Assembly (NCBI GenBank): GCA_039794845.1
Contig: JAUQVK010000094.1
Location: 1 to 56,973 of the forward strand
Length of the DNA stretch: 56,973 bases
From: Thermostichus sp. DRC_bins_24
GTDB lineage: Bacteria; Cyanobacteriota; Cyanobacteriia; Thermostichales; Thermostichaceae
Direction: 5' to 3'
Positions 31,627 through 44,185 of the stretch are shown in pieces. How positions within the stretch are numbered: the stretch's first letter is position 1; every line of letters begins with the position of its first letter. The position numbers and the translations under genes were made by a program. The notes below the pieces were generated by a model. It ran no database searches. It worked only from the letters and a program-made list of their open reading frames with translations, and had not been told where the DNA came from.

Positions 31627-32112
31627 ATGCAGGTGGAGTTTCGGGAATGTGATCCGGCGGATCTGTGGATCTGGTTTGAGTTTACGGAGCCGCCCGTCAA
31701 AGCGGAGTTGGAGTATCTCAATGAGGTGCTGGAATCCTGGTATGTGCTGGGCAAGCTGGGGGGCTTTAACGCCGAGTGTCTGGTGGCCCAAGAGGCGGAG
31801 GTGGATCTGAGCTATCTCGATTACCCTGGCGAATCGGATCCGCTGCCCTCTCTCATGCACAACATGGGATCCCTGGAAGAAAAGGACAACTGGGCCCGTT
31901 GCTGGTTTGATCTGGGCACCGCCGATGCCATGGCCCTGGATGTGTTGATCAACGCTCTGCGCACCCTTAGCCTGGAATACATCAACCTGTCCCGGGTGAT
32001 TGTGGGCGGTCGCAACGAGGACTGGCCGACGGTTGACCCGGAAGAGGCGGACCGCTACGAATACAACGGGTACGCACAGGATCACTTTGGGGAAGAAGGC
32101 GATCTGGAATAG
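31627..32112 (+). CDS. DUF3531 family protein
   Basis: MQVEFRECDP.DLWIW.EF...SWYVLGKLGGFNAE...WFDLGT. Confidence 0.85.
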   Translation: MQVEFRECDPADLWIWFEFTEPPVKAELEYLNEVLESWYVLGKLGGFNAECLVAQEAEVDLSYLDYPGESDPLPSLMHNMGSLEEKDNWARCWFDLGTADAMALDVLINALRTLSLEYINLSRVIVGGRNEDWPTVDPEEADRYEYNGYAQDHFGEEGDLE

Positions 32113-32130
32113 CCTCAGCGGGATCCCTGC

Positions 32131-33837
32131 CTACTCCAGGTAGCCCAGCTCCTGCATTCGCCGTACCAAGTCGGCATCGCTTTCCACATCCACCCTGCGG
32201 GGGGCCGTGCTAGACCGGCGAGATTCCGCCCAGTCCACCCATTGTTTGAGCCCCCGCTGCAGTCGAGTCAGCCACATTTGCGGGGAAGGTTCACCAGAGT
32301 CTGGGTCTGGCTGGGGATCCCAGTTGCCCGCCAAGAGCAGATCCCGCAGTTCTGCCGGATCCTGTTCCAAGTTGTAAAGGCTGGGATCCTCCCCCGTTTG
32401 GATTAGCTTGGTTACCCCTTCGTAGAGGGCGCGGCGGGTGTCGTAACAGGCTCGACTTCGCAACAGCTGGTCATCCCGGTTTTCCATGGCGCGAATCAAG
32501 ATATGGGGCGGGAAGGCTTCACTGAGCACGATCCCCTGTTCGGGATCCTCCCCGGCAAGGGTGCGGGCCAAGCTAAGACGGGCGATCTCGCGGCGAACCT
32601 TGAGGCTAACCCGGGGGGCGCGGTTTTTGCCGAGGGAAAGGCTGGGGCTAAAGCCGGCGGCTTCCAGGAGGGTATGAAACAGCCTGCGGGTGGAAACCGG
32701 GGTGGAAATGCGTTTGCCGGCAGGAATATGACCGGGGTAGCGCAGCAGCAGGGGCACACGGATGAGTTCTTCGTACACCACAAAGGCATGGCCGACAAAC
32801 TCGTGTTCCCCTAAGCCTTCTCCATGATCCGCCACCACCGCTACCAGCGTATTGTGCTCCAGGCCGGTCTGGCGCAAGGTTTCAAAAACGGATCCCAGCA
32901 GATGATCCTGATAGGCTACCTCCGCATCGTAAATATCGCTGAGCACCTGTGCTTGCAAAGGCGAGAGGGGTTCTGGCAGCGGTGCCATCCAGCGATAGGG
33001 TTGCCCATTGTACTGGCGCAAAAAGTCTCGTGCCTCGCGGTTGCTCTTGAAGTAGGGGGCAAATTTCTGCACAAACGGCTCCGGTGGCCAATAGGGCAGA
33101 TGGGGCTCCATCAAATTGACAAAACAAAAGAAGGGTTGGGTGGTGGAGCGGGGATCCGACTGGCGGCGGGCCATCTGCTGCAAATACCGATTCAAATCCG
33201 CGATGGAGGCGGCAGTATTGCCCTTAAAATTCCCCAAGCGCGTCCAAATGGGCACCAACCAGGGCTGCAGGGCCAACTGAAACAGCTTATCGGAGCGGGC
33301 AAAGGCATTTTGGACAGGGTAGGAGAGCTTGCGCCAAAACTGGGTATAGGCGGCGATCAGCCGATTCAAAGGCTGTGGTAAGGGGTTGCCTTCGGCAGGG
33401 CGAGTGGGCAGGGCACCGCCATAGTTGTAGAAGGTTTCAAATCCCCGCCTGAGGCCATTTTTCAGGATCCCCACCAGCGGGTTGTTGCAAAAGCCCACGG
33501 TGGTATAGCCGCTGAATTTCAACAGTTCCGCCAACGTGGGGAAGGAGGGACTCAGCTCAATATCCGCCTGGACCGTCTGGTGGGTGCTGGGGTACTCCCC
33601 CGTAAACATCGAGGCATGGGAGGGGATCGTCCATTGGGCAGGGGAGATGGCCCGTTCAAACAGGGTGGATTCTGCCGCCAGTCGATCCAGGTTGGGGCTG
33701 GTATGAGGGCGGTTGGCCCGTTCCTCTACCGACCAGTAGCAAGAGAGGCGATCCGCCCGCTGGGTATCCAAAACGATCAACAGAAGATTCGGACGCTCCG
33801 CCGCATGAGCATTTGCAAACGCTTGAAAACTCACCAC
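32131..33837 (-). CDS. Sulfatase-like hydrolase/transferase (alkaline phosphatase superfamily)
   Basis: PNLLLIVLDTQRAD, WTIPSHASMFTG, ADHGE and C-terminal ELGYL. Confidence 0.88.
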   Translation of the reverse strand: MVSFQAFANAHAAERPNLLLIVLDTQRADRLSCYWSVEERANRPHTSPNLDRLAAESTLFERAISPAQWTIPSHASMFTGEYPSTHQTVQADIELSPSFPTLAELLKFSGYTTVGFCNNPLVGILKNGLRRGFETFYNYGGALPTRPAEGNPLPQPLNRLIAAYTQFWRKLSYPVQNAFARSDKLFQLALQPWLVPIWTRLGNFKGNTAASIADLNRYLQQMARRQSDPRSTTQPFFCFVNLMEPHLPYWPPEPFVQKFAPYFKSNREARDFLRQYNGQPYRWMAPLPEPLSPLQAQVLSDIYDAEVAYQDHLLGSVFETLRQTGLEHNTLVAVVADHGEGLGEHEFVGHAFVVYEELIRVPLLLRYPGHIPAGKRISTPVSTRRLFHTLLEAAGFSPSLSLGKNRAPRVSLKVRREIARLSLARTLAGEDPEQGIVLSEAFPPHILIRAMENRDDQLLRSRACYDTRRALYEGVTKLIQTGEDPSLYNLEQDPAELRDLLLAGNWDPQPDPDSGEPSPQMWLTRLQRGLKQWVDWAESRRSSTAPRRVDVESDADLVRRMQELGYLE

Positions 33838-33936
33838 GCACCACCCAAAACTTTTCCTAGGCTATCTTGTCACGCCGGTGGATTGCTTATGCTCCCGGCT
33901 CGCCGATAGGAACGGATCCCTATCCCTGCCCCTTCT

Positions 33937-34932
33937 TCAGGGCACGGTGAACTGGGTTTGGCTGTTGCCCCGTACCTGAGCAGTGCTGGTTTGCCAATCG
34001 AGAAGGGCCTCGTTACCACTGACGGTCAGGGTTTGGCCCGGCTGTCGGTAGCGCACATTGCCTCTGGCTTGCAACTGGGTGGAACCGATGCGCCAGCGGA
34101 TCTCTTCGGCTTCCAGTTCTTGTCCCGTTTGTTCGGCCAGTCCCTTCACCTTCTCCAACAGATGCAGCTCTGTAAAGGGCACCTGAGTGCGCAACTGCCC
34201 TCCGCTCAGGCGCAGGGCGTGTTCGGGGGCATACACCGCTACGGATCCAAGGGCCTGCACTTCTCCAGAGGCGATCTGCCAAAGGAACCGGGTGGCTGAG
34301 AGTTCCAAGTCGGGATCCCGATAGTTGGCTTGGACAGGCCGCCCGGGGTCGAGGTTGTCCAGTTGCATTTGATCTTGGCCAAAGTCGATGGTGAGGCGAT
34401 CCCCCCGCAGGGATCCCTGCTGATCGAGCAGCTTAATCTGGACTTGCCCGTGGGCCCGCAAGAGGCGCTCCTCCGGCAGCCATTCCACCTGTTCGGCTTG
34501 CAGGCGCAGGTTATCCCGTTCCGATTCCACTTCCACTTGGCCCCGCAGTTCCAGCCGACGTTCGCTCGGGTACACGGAGCCCCGTTCGGCCCGGGTACGG
34601 ATGGCGCGGTTGTCTTCGTCAAAAAATTCCCCTTGGATCGACTGCAAATGGGCGGATCCCAAGCGCACCTCAGCACCGGTGTCGTTGCCCCCATTCGCTT
34701 CGTATTCCGCCAGACGGGCCTGTAAGCGCCACAGGATCCCGCCATCCGGTTTGGCTTCTGTGAGGGTGATGTCTTCGTAGATCAACTGCGGCGTGGAAAT
34801 CGGCTCCGGATCCCTGACCTCCTCTGGGGGCGGCACTTCTAGCCCACCACACCCCACCGGCCCGCTCACCACGGCCAACAGCCCCAATGTACGTAAACAG
34901 TGACTTAAACAGTTGCGGTTGAATGGTTGCAT
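33937..34932 (-). CDS. lptC: LptC-like LPS export periplasmic protein
   Basis: Lipoprotein-type signal peptide and repeated beta-jellyroll segments (LWRLQA, ARGNV). Confidence 0.75.
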   Translation of the reverse strand: MQPFNRNCLSHCLRTLGLLAVVSGPVGCGGLEVPPPEEVRDPEPISTPQLIYEDITLTEAKPDGGILWRLQARLAEYEANGGNDTGAEVRLGSAHLQSIQGEFFDEDNRAIRTRAERGSVYPSERRLELRGQVEVESERDNLRLQAEQVEWLPEERLLRAHGQVQIKLLDQQGSLRGDRLTIDFGQDQMQLDNLDPGRPVQANYRDPDLELSATRFLWQIASGEVQALGSVAVYAPEHALRLSGGQLRTQVPFTELHLLEKVKGLAEQTGQELEAEEIRWRIGSTQLQARGNVRYRQPGQTLTVSGNEALLDWQTSTAQVRGNSQTQFTVP

Positions 34933-35048
34933 CGTTCTCCCCTTTCATCCCCTCATCGCCACCATATCCTTTGGCCCTACCCATACGGGATCCCGCCCTG
35001 GCCGAACCCATGGCATCATCAGTGCAACGTCGTTTCAGGGGCACCAGC

Positions 35049-35906
35049 GTGACCCAACTGTTGCAGCTTCTCATCTATGGCCTCGTCTTGGGCAGCATTT
35101 ACGCCTTGGGGGCAATCGGAGTTTCCCTCACCTTCGGCATTTTGCGCTTTGCCAATTTTGCCCATGGGGATCTCATGACCTTGGGGGCCTACTTCTGTCT
35201 CAGCTTTGTGTCTCTGGGTTGGCCGATTGGGGTAAGTTTGATCCCGGCAGCCCTGGCCACAGCACTCTGCGCCGTCGTCACCGATCAGCTGATCTATCGA
35301 CGCTTACGTCGGGAAGCCCCGGTGATCTTGCTCATCTCCTCCTTTGGCACCGCCCTTATTTTGCGCAGCTTGGTGCAGATCCTTTGGGGCCCCAACAACC
35401 AGGTGTACCGCAGTGGTATCCAACTGCCTTGGCGATTCTGGGGGCTGCGCGTCAAACCCGACTGGGTGGCGATCTTGCTGGGGGCAACCCTGTTGGTGGT
35501 GGCGCTGCACTTCTTTTTGCAGCGGACCCGGGTGGGCAAGGCAATGCGAGCCATGGCGGACAATTTTGATCTGGCCAAGGTCACCGGCATTGACACAGAG
35601 CGCATCATTCTCTGGACATGGGCCATTGGGGCTGTGTTGGCCTGTGCAGCAGGCATGTTTCTCGGCCTGGATACCCGTCTACACCCGACGATGGGCTGGC
35701 GGCTGCTGTTGCCGGTCTTCGCAGCGGCGATTTTGGGGGGGATTGGTCGCCCCTACGGAGCAATTGCCGGCGGGTTGGTGATTGGCATTGCGGAGGAACT
35801 CTCTACGTTGGTGATCAGCCCAGCCTATAAAACGGGGGTGGCCTTCGCCATTTTGGTGGTGATGTTGATCCTCCGGCCCACGGGACTGTTTGGAGGGCGG
35901 GCCTGA
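35049..35906 (+). CDS. Branched-chain/neutral amino acid ABC permease (LivH/NatD-like)
   Basis: GSIYALGAIG, NFAHGD, GKAMRA and AAILGGIG. Confidence 0.92.
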   Translation: MTQLLQLLIYGLVLGSIYALGAIGVSLTFGILRFANFAHGDLMTLGAYFCLSFVSLGWPIGVSLIPAALATALCAVVTDQLIYRRLRREAPVILLISSFGTALILRSLVQILWGPNNQVYRSGIQLPWRFWGLRVKPDWVAILLGATLLVVALHFFLQRTRVGKAMRAMADNFDLAKVTGIDTERIILWTWAIGAVLACAAGMFLGLDTRLHPTMGWRLLLPVFAAAILGGIGRPYGAIAGGLVIGIAEELSTLVISPAYKTGVAFAILVVMLILRPTGLFGGRA

Positions 35907-36859
35907 TGCTGAGCTACGGCATTTTCTTTTTGATTTTGGTCGGAATCTACGGCGTGTTGGTGCTGGGCCTCAATTTGCAGTGGGGCTATGCCGGCATGTT
36001 CAACATTGGGGTGGGCGCCTTTTTCGCCGTGGGGGCCTATGCCAGTGCCATCGTCACCACTCCCCTGAGCGGCGACCATTTGGGTGGGTTCGGCATGCCC
36101 TTTTGGGTGGGGTTTTTAATGGCTTTGGCGGCAGCCGGATCTATCGCCTTCTTGATTGGTCTAATTACCCTCAGGCTACGCTCCGATTACTTGGCCATCG
36201 CCACCATTGGTATTGCCGAAATTATCAGCCAAATCCTGAGAAATGAGGGCTGGCTTACCAACGGCGTACGCGGCATTACCCGCATTCCCCGTCCTTTTCG
36301 TGGCTGGATCCCGGGGCAAGATACATTGCTCTACTTGGGTTTGGTGCTGCTGGTTTTGCTGCTGGTGTACTGGGCCAGTGAACGGGCCTATCGATCCCCC
36401 TGGGGGCGGGTGTTGCGGGCGATTCGGGAGGATGAACCGGCGACGATGGCGGCGGGCAAAAGTGTGTTGAAATTCCGCCTGCAGGCGTTTGTGCTGGGAT
36501 CCATGATCATGGGGTTGGCGGGGGCTCTCTACGCTCATTTTGTCAATTTCATCAGCCCGGAAGCCTTTCAGCCGGAGTTTGCCACCTTCATCGTTTGGGT
36601 GATGTTGATCGCGGGGGGCAGTGGCAACAATCGCGGTGCTTTGCTGGGGGCGTTGGTGATTTGGGGGGTGTGGTCGGGGAGCGAACTCTTGACCAACCGT
36701 CTGCCAGCCCAATGGACGACGCGGGCAGGCCCTCTGCGCATTTTGCTCATCGGCGTCCTGCTGCAAGTTATTCTTCTGACCCGCTCCCAAGGGTTGTTGC
36801 CAGAACGTCCGCCAAAGCCGATTTTGGATACCTCCCGCAACCGGGATCCGGCAGGGTAG
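35906..36859 (+). CDS. Branched-chain/neutral amino acid ABC permease (LivM/NatC-like)
   Basis: GLNLQWGYAG, LRSDYLAIAT and SPWGRVLRAIREDE. Confidence 0.92.
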   Translation: MLSYGIFFLILVGIYGVLVLGLNLQWGYAGMFNIGVGAFFAVGAYASAIVTTPLSGDHLGGFGMPFWVGFLMALAAAGSIAFLIGLITLRLRSDYLAIATIGIAEIISQILRNEGWLTNGVRGITRIPRPFRGWIPGQDTLLYLGLVLLVLLLVYWASERAYRSPWGRVLRAIREDEPATMAAGKSVLKFRLQAFVLGSMIMGLAGALYAHFVNFISPEAFQPEFATFIVWVMLIAGGSGNNRGALLGALVIWGVWSGSELLTNRLPAQWTTRAGPLRILLIGVLLQVILLTRSQGLLPERPPKPILDTSRNRDPAG

Positions 36860-36922
36860 GATTGGGGCGGTTCCTGCTGTTGTTGATGTGTTCGAGACTA
36901 CTTAACCCCCCTTCTCTCTCCT

Positions 36923-39079
<2,157 letters not shown>

Positions 39080-39101
39080 AAAATATTTAATTTAAAAAAT
39101 T

Positions 39102-39133
39102 AAAAAAAGGGATCCCTTGGCAGCGGATCCCTA
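39102..39133 (-). terminator. Intrinsic terminator between convergent ppk1 and doxX
   Basis: AGGGATCC...GGATCCCT stem with an A-tract on its left (U-tract on the minus strand). Confidence 0.6.
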
Positions 39134-39158
39134 GGCAAGGTCAAACCATGGGTAGGGT

Positions 39159-39737
39159 TTAGGATTGAGCAGTCTTAGCGGCTTCAGCCTCTTCCTCACC
39201 CAACGCGATCACCCGTTCTGTGGCTTGCAAAGAAGACTGCAAACTCTCCAGCTTTTGTCGGCTAGAGCGATTGACCCCCGATTCAATGCCCTTCACCAAG
39301 AGTTGATCGAGGGAAAACCAGCCCCCCCCATTCACGGCAAAGGCCAGGAAGATGGCTGCGTAAATGGCCGATAGCTCCAGGTAAGGAATGCTAAACCCCG
39401 CCACCTTAATGTGGTGAAACATGGCCACAGCCATCGTGCTAAACAGACCCAAAGCCGCCACACGGGTGAACAAACCCAAAGCCACCAAGGGAGCCGCGAT
39501 CAACTCGGTAAAGGCGGCCACGTAAGCAAAAAAGATCGGGAAAGGCAACCCGATCACTTCTACATAGGCCACGGCAAAGCCTTCGATATCCGCCAGCTTG
39601 TCAAGGCCGTTGTGAATCATGAATAACCCTGCCACCACCCGCAAAACTGTCCAACCCAGTTGAGACCAGCGTGGGGCAATGCTGTCGTGGCGCAAGGCCG
39701 AGGCGAGCAGCACCGGAAACTGCTGAATGAGTGCCAT
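39159..39737 (-). CDS. DoxX family membrane protein
   Basis: LRVVAG.FMIHNGLDKL...AFTEL...LGLFTR...GGGWFSLD. Confidence 0.88.
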   Translation of the reverse strand: MALIQQFPVLLASALRHDSIAPRWSQLGWTVLRVVAGLFMIHNGLDKLADIEGFAVAYVEVIGLPFPIFFAYVAAFTELIAAPLVALGLFTRVAALGLFSTMAVAMFHHIKVAGFSIPYLELSAIYAAIFLAFAVNGGGWFSLDQLLVKGIESGVNRSSRQKLESLQSSLQATERVIALGEEEAEAAKTAQS

Positions 39738-39933
39738 GAGAGGAAACCTGCAATGCAAAGATGTCAACTATTGTAACGATTCTAAATATCTGTAACAAGG
39801 TAAGCGTAACAAGGTAAGCCGCCTATCCACTGGGCTCTTGGGGATCCGGAGCCTTACGGCGGTCTATGCCAACCCCCTGACGAGTCAAACGCAGGCTGCT
39901 TGCCGGAACAGCTTAATCTGTTGTTAATCTTGT

Positions 39934-40122
39934 TACATCTCTTCATGCCATGGGCGAACGCGCCAGCGTGCCCATGGCAGCTCCACCACTAATCACACAC
40001 AACAACTGTGGAACAACTGTGGAAGTTGAGATCTACCCTCTGGAGGGCTAGCCCTCCGGGCCCCGCGAAAGCGGGAGCAGGAAACACGAGCTCTGTTGTA
40101 GAAAACCCGCACAAGGGCTGTC
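39934..40122 (+). mobile_element. MITE-like element, copy 5 (eroded ends)
   Basis: GTTGAGATCTACCCTCTGGAGGG.TAGCCCTCC.GGCCCCGC and ACCCGC.CAAGGGCTGT match 572-697. Confidence 0.8.
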
Positions 40123-40148
40123 ATCTGCTGTGGCTCCCCGCCTACCCT

Positions 40149-41966
40149 CTAGCGGCGGGAGGGGGTCAACTGAGCTTTGCGCAGACGTACCGATTTGGGG
40201 GTGATCTCCACCAGCTCGTCCTCGCTGATGTATTCCAGGGCCCGCTCCAGGTTCATCTCCACAGGGCTTTGGAGGTGCACCAGTTCCTCGCCGCCGGCAG
40301 CACGGTGATTGGTCAGCTGCTTGGTTTTGCAGATATTTAACTCCAGATCTTGGGGGCGGTTGTGCTCACCCACCACCATGCCCTTGTAAACGCGGGTGCC
40401 GGGAGTGATGAAAAATACGCCGCGATCTTCGGCATTTTTGAGGGAGTAACTGGTGGCCACCCCTTCTTCAAAGGCAATCAACACCCCGTTGCGGCGCATT
40501 TCCATCTCAGCAGTCAGGGGGCGGTACTCTAGGAAGCTGTGGCTCATGATCCCTTCCCCTCGGGTTATGCGGATGAATTCCCCCCGAAACCCAATCAGCC
40601 CCCGCGCCGGAATAACAAACTCCAGTTGGGCTCGGCCATCGGAGCCGACCATCATGTTTTGCATCTCGCCCCGCCGCTGCCCCAGCCGTTCGATACAGGA
40701 TCCCATCGCCGATTCCGGCACATCCAACACCAGGCACTCGTAGGGTTCGTAGGGTTGGCCGTTCACTTCGCGGAAGATCACCCGGGGCTGACCCACCTGA
40801 AATTCGTAGCCCTCGCGCCGCATGGTTTCCAGCAGAATGCCCAGGTGCAGTTCCCCACGTCCCGACACCAAAAAGCGATCCGGCGAGTCAGTCTCTTCCA
40901 CCCGCAGGGCAACGTTGGTTTCCAGCTCCCGCATCAGGCGTTCCCGCAGTTGCCGCGAGGTTACAAAGGTGCCCTCCTGCCCGGCAAAGGGAGAATCGTT
41001 CACGCAAAGCACCATCTGCAGGGTGGGCTCATCCACCTTGATCAAGGGCAAAGCTTGCGGCTCATCGGGAGAGGTGAGGGTATGGCCGATGTTGGCCTCG
41101 GCAAATCCCGCTACCGCCACAATATGACCGGCGGTAGCTTCTGTGAGTTCTACCCGCTGTAGGCCCTGGAAACCAAACAATTTGGTCACCTTGCTTTTGG
41201 TGATCTTGCCCTCTTCCTTAACCAGGGCCAGTTGTTCCCCCAGACGAATGGTGCCATTGTGAATCTTGCCGATGACAATCCGGCCCAGATATTCGGAGTA
41301 CTCCAGGGTGGTGACTTGCAGTTGCAAGGGCTTGCTGGCATCCCCAATTGGCGGCGGCACATGTTTGAGGATCCCTTCAAAGAGGGGCTTCATGTCCAGG
41401 GATCCACTGTACTTGCCTTCCAAAAAGTCGCTGAGGTCTGCTTCTTCGAGGGCAAAGCCCTGCAACCCAGAGGCAAACAGGTAGGGGAAATCGCACTGAT
41501 CTTCGTCAGCCCCCAGTTCCAAAAACAAATCCAGCACTTTGTCGATGGCTTTGTAGGGTTCGGCGCGGGGCCGATCAATTTTGTTCACCACCACAATCGG
41601 GCGGAGGCCCTTTTCCAAGGCTTTGCGCAGCACAAAGCGGGTTTGCGGCATTGGGCCTTCGTTGGCATCCACAATCAGCAAACAGCCCTCCACCATCCCC
41701 AGCACCCGTTCCACCTCACCCCCGAAGTCGGCGTGGCCGGGGGTATCGACGATGTTGATCAGGGTTTCGCCGTAGCGGACGGCTGTATTTTTGGACAGGA
41801 TGGTGATGCCCCGCTCCCGCTCCAGGGCATTGGAGTCCATCACACAGGTGGGGATGTCCTCTCCCTCCCGGAAGGTGCCCGCCTGCCGCAACAGGGCATC
41901 TACGAGGGTCGTCTTGCCGTGGTCAACATGGGCGATGATGGCAACATTACGGATGGGGAGTGACAT
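40149..41966 (-). CDS. typA: Translational GTPase TypA/BipA
   Basis: [24 protein letters not shown] and [11 protein letters not shown]. Confidence 0.97.
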   Translation of the reverse strand: MSLPIRNVAIIAHVDHGKTTLVDALLRQAGTFREGEDIPTCVMDSNALERERGITILSKNTAVRYGETLINIVDTPGHADFGGEVERVLGMVEGCLLIVDANEGPMPQTRFVLRKALEKGLRPIVVVNKIDRPRAEPYKAIDKVLDLFLELGADEDQCDFPYLFASGLQGFALEEADLSDFLEGKYSGSLDMKPLFEGILKHVPPPIGDASKPLQLQVTTLEYSEYLGRIVIGKIHNGTIRLGEQLALVKEEGKITKSKVTKLFGFQGLQRVELTEATAGHIVAVAGFAEANIGHTLTSPDEPQALPLIKVDEPTLQMVLCVNDSPFAGQEGTFVTSRQLRERLMRELETNVALRVEETDSPDRFLVSGRGELHLGILLETMRREGYEFQVGQPRVIFREVNGQPYEPYECLVLDVPESAMGSCIERLGQRRGEMQNMMVGSDGRAQLEFVIPARGLIGFRGEFIRITRGEGIMSHSFLEYRPLTAEMEMRRNGVLIAFEEGVATSYSLKNAEDRGVFFITPGTRVYKGMVVGEHNRPQDLELNICKTKQLTNHRAAGGEELVHLQSPVEMNLERALEYISEDELVEITPKSVRLRKAQLTPSRR

Positions 41967-42184
41967 AAATCAGCCAGATGAGATAAGGCGCTTGAGGCAA
42001 GCTGCCGCGGGCAATTCGTTACAACTCTAACGCAAAGAAGCGTTACATCGCTAAACAGCTCATCCAACCTGACTGGATATTCACACGGACCCTAAAAGGG
42101 ATCCATCAGCCAAGCCATCAGGTCTGCTGGGGGTTTGAAAATTTCACTCGGCTCTCATCCCGACACCCATCTTCTGGGGTGCAG

Positions 42185-42300
42185 GGCCGGGAACAACCTG
42201 CGGTCTACCCGCCGATTAGCCAACCAGGCTTCCACCAGAGTCCCCGGTTGAGGCGTGGAGAATCCCCGAAAGGCAACCCCACGGGCTAGTACCCCGTGCC
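42185..42300 (+). mobile_element. Possible degenerate IS605/tnpB 3'-end remnant
   Basis: GGAACAACCTGCGGTCTACC is shared exactly with 52041-52060 and is followed by GAGAATCCCC and the hairpin CACGGG...CCCGTG. Confidence 0.4.
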
Positions 42301-42348
42301 AAAGATCAACCGGCTAACAGTGGCAGACACCCCCTCAGTTCATAACCT

Positions 42349-42456
42349 CTACATATCCGCTCCGCGCAGGTAGAGCAAAAAGATCACCGCCGGGCCTGCT
42401 AAGACGATCAAGGCCAGCAGCACCAACTGCACAAACACTTCGTACTGTCCGAACAT
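42349..42456 (-). CDS. psb30: Photosystem II subunit Psb30 (Ycf12); absent from the ORF track
   Basis: Translated by hand as MFGQYEVFVQLVLLALIVLAGPAVIFLLYLRGADM*. Confidence 0.92.
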   Translation of the reverse strand: MFGQYEVFVQLVLLALIVLAGPAVIFLLYLRGADM

Positions 42457-42568
42457 AACCCCAAATCCCACAGCTTACGTTTCGTATCCTAAGGTCAGCT
42501 CCCCACCCAGAATGAGAAAGCTGTTACAATTCTTCAACTTTTGCCAGAACTTTTCCGTTGAGGGATCC

Positions 42569-43864
42569 CTAGCGTTCCTGTTGCGCCTGAAACAGCATCG
42601 GATCCAGGTTAAACAGCTCCTGTAAGGTCTGCATGGCAGCTCGTCGGGCCTCGATATCCCGCTTGGCTCGCAGTTGCACCATCGGATCGTGGAGGATTTT
42701 GTTGACGATGCCTCGGGTTAGGGCGTCGATCACCTCCAGGTGTTTTTCAGCAAAGTCCTTGCCCAGACGGGAGAGGGCTTTTTCCATCTCCTGTTCACGG
42801 ATCGACTCAACTTTGTGGCGCAGGCTGGAGATGGTGGGCACAGTCTCCAGGGAGCGCCACCACTCCATAAACTGCTCCACCTCTTCCTCCACGAGGGCCT
42901 CGGCGGCCAGAGCCAGCTTTTGCCGTTGGGCGCGGTTTTCCTCGACGATGCGGGAGAGGTGATCCACATTGAAGACCTGCACCCCCTTCAGTTTCTCCAC
43001 ATCCGGGGCAATGTTGCGGGGCACGGAAATATCCACCAACAGAATGGGCTGATCCGGCTGGAGCACCCCTTCCAGTTGCTGGCAACTCAAAATCGGCTGG
43101 GTGGCGCCGGTGCTGGTAAAAACCAAATTCGACTCCGCCACACTGCTGAGGAGGGCTTCCCAGGGCAGTACCTGAATCGGTTGCTCGAATTGCTTGACCA
43201 GTTCTTCAGCTCGCTCCAGGGAGCGGTTCACCACCGTGATATCGACGGCCCCCTTGGCCAACAGGTGCTGCACCAGCAGGCGGGCCATTTTCCCCGCCCC
43301 CACCACGGTAATCTTGCCTTGGGAGAGGGATCCCTGTTCCTGTAGGGCCAGCTCCACCGCCGCTGAGCTGATGGACATGGCCCCGGTGCCGATCTCGGTT
43401 TCAGTGCGAATGCGCTTGCCGGCGGTGATGGCGGCCTTAAACAGGCGATTGAGGATGCGATCCATGCCGTTGCAGGCTTGGCCCAGTTGTTGGGCCTTCT
43501 TCACCTGGGAGAGAATCTGCCCTTCCCCCAGCACCAAGCTATCCAGACCAGCAGCCACCCGCATCAGGTGCATGGCGGCATCTTGGTAGATGAGGGTAAA
43601 CAAATGGGGACGCAGTTGGGCCAAGGGGATCCCTTTGGACTCGGCCAAAAACCGCATTGTCTGCTGCACACCACTCTCCATTTCTGGAGTGACGATATAG
43701 ACCTCCAGCCGATTACAGGTGCTGAGGATCGCAGCTTCCTCAATATGAGGGTAGGCGCAAAGCTGCTGGATCGTATCTCCCACCTCCATCTCAGGAATGC
43801 TGAGTTGCTCCCGAATTTCCACAGGAGCCGTGCGATGGCTAAGACCCACAACCGCGATAAACAT
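42569..43864 (-). CDS. hemA: Glutamyl-tRNA reductase
   Basis: [15 protein letters not shown] and GEGQILSQV. Confidence 0.98.
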   Translation of the reverse strand: MFIAVVGLSHRTAPVEIREQLSIPEMEVGDTIQQLCAYPHIEEAAILSTCNRLEVYIVTPEMESGVQQTMRFLAESKGIPLAQLRPHLFTLIYQDAAMHLMRVAAGLDSLVLGEGQILSQVKKAQQLGQACNGMDRILNRLFKAAITAGKRIRTETEIGTGAMSISSAAVELALQEQGSLSQGKITVVGAGKMARLLVQHLLAKGAVDITVVNRSLERAEELVKQFEQPIQVLPWEALLSSVAESNLVFTSTGATQPILSCQQLEGVLQPDQPILLVDISVPRNIAPDVEKLKGVQVFNVDHLSRIVEENRAQRQKLALAAEALVEEEVEQFMEWWRSLETVPTISSLRHKVESIREQEMEKALSRLGKDFAEKHLEVIDALTRGIVNKILHDPMVQLRAKRDIEARRAAMQTLQELFNLDPMLFQAQQER

Positions 43865-44185
43865 GCCTCTCCGTTGTCTCTACACAGAAAGTTATTAAAA
43901 ACAGAAACTCTGAACAAAAGCAAATTTTGTTTCAGAGAGAACTGAAAGGGTGTAACCGATGCGGAGGAAGTTCCTTCGCTCGATTCCAGCAAGCTTAGGT
44001 AACTTTTCTCAGCCTACCTAAACCCTAGAACCAGTATCGAGCGGGTTTTGCAGGATTTTGCTGAAGAGTTATTACGTTTTTTCGGCGCCAAACTCGATAG
44101 ATTTCGTAACCTTCCCAAGAGAAGGGAGGCGACCTTCAGCACGGGAAAGTCGCCTCAATTTCCTATGGTGCGTATCGGGGATCCC

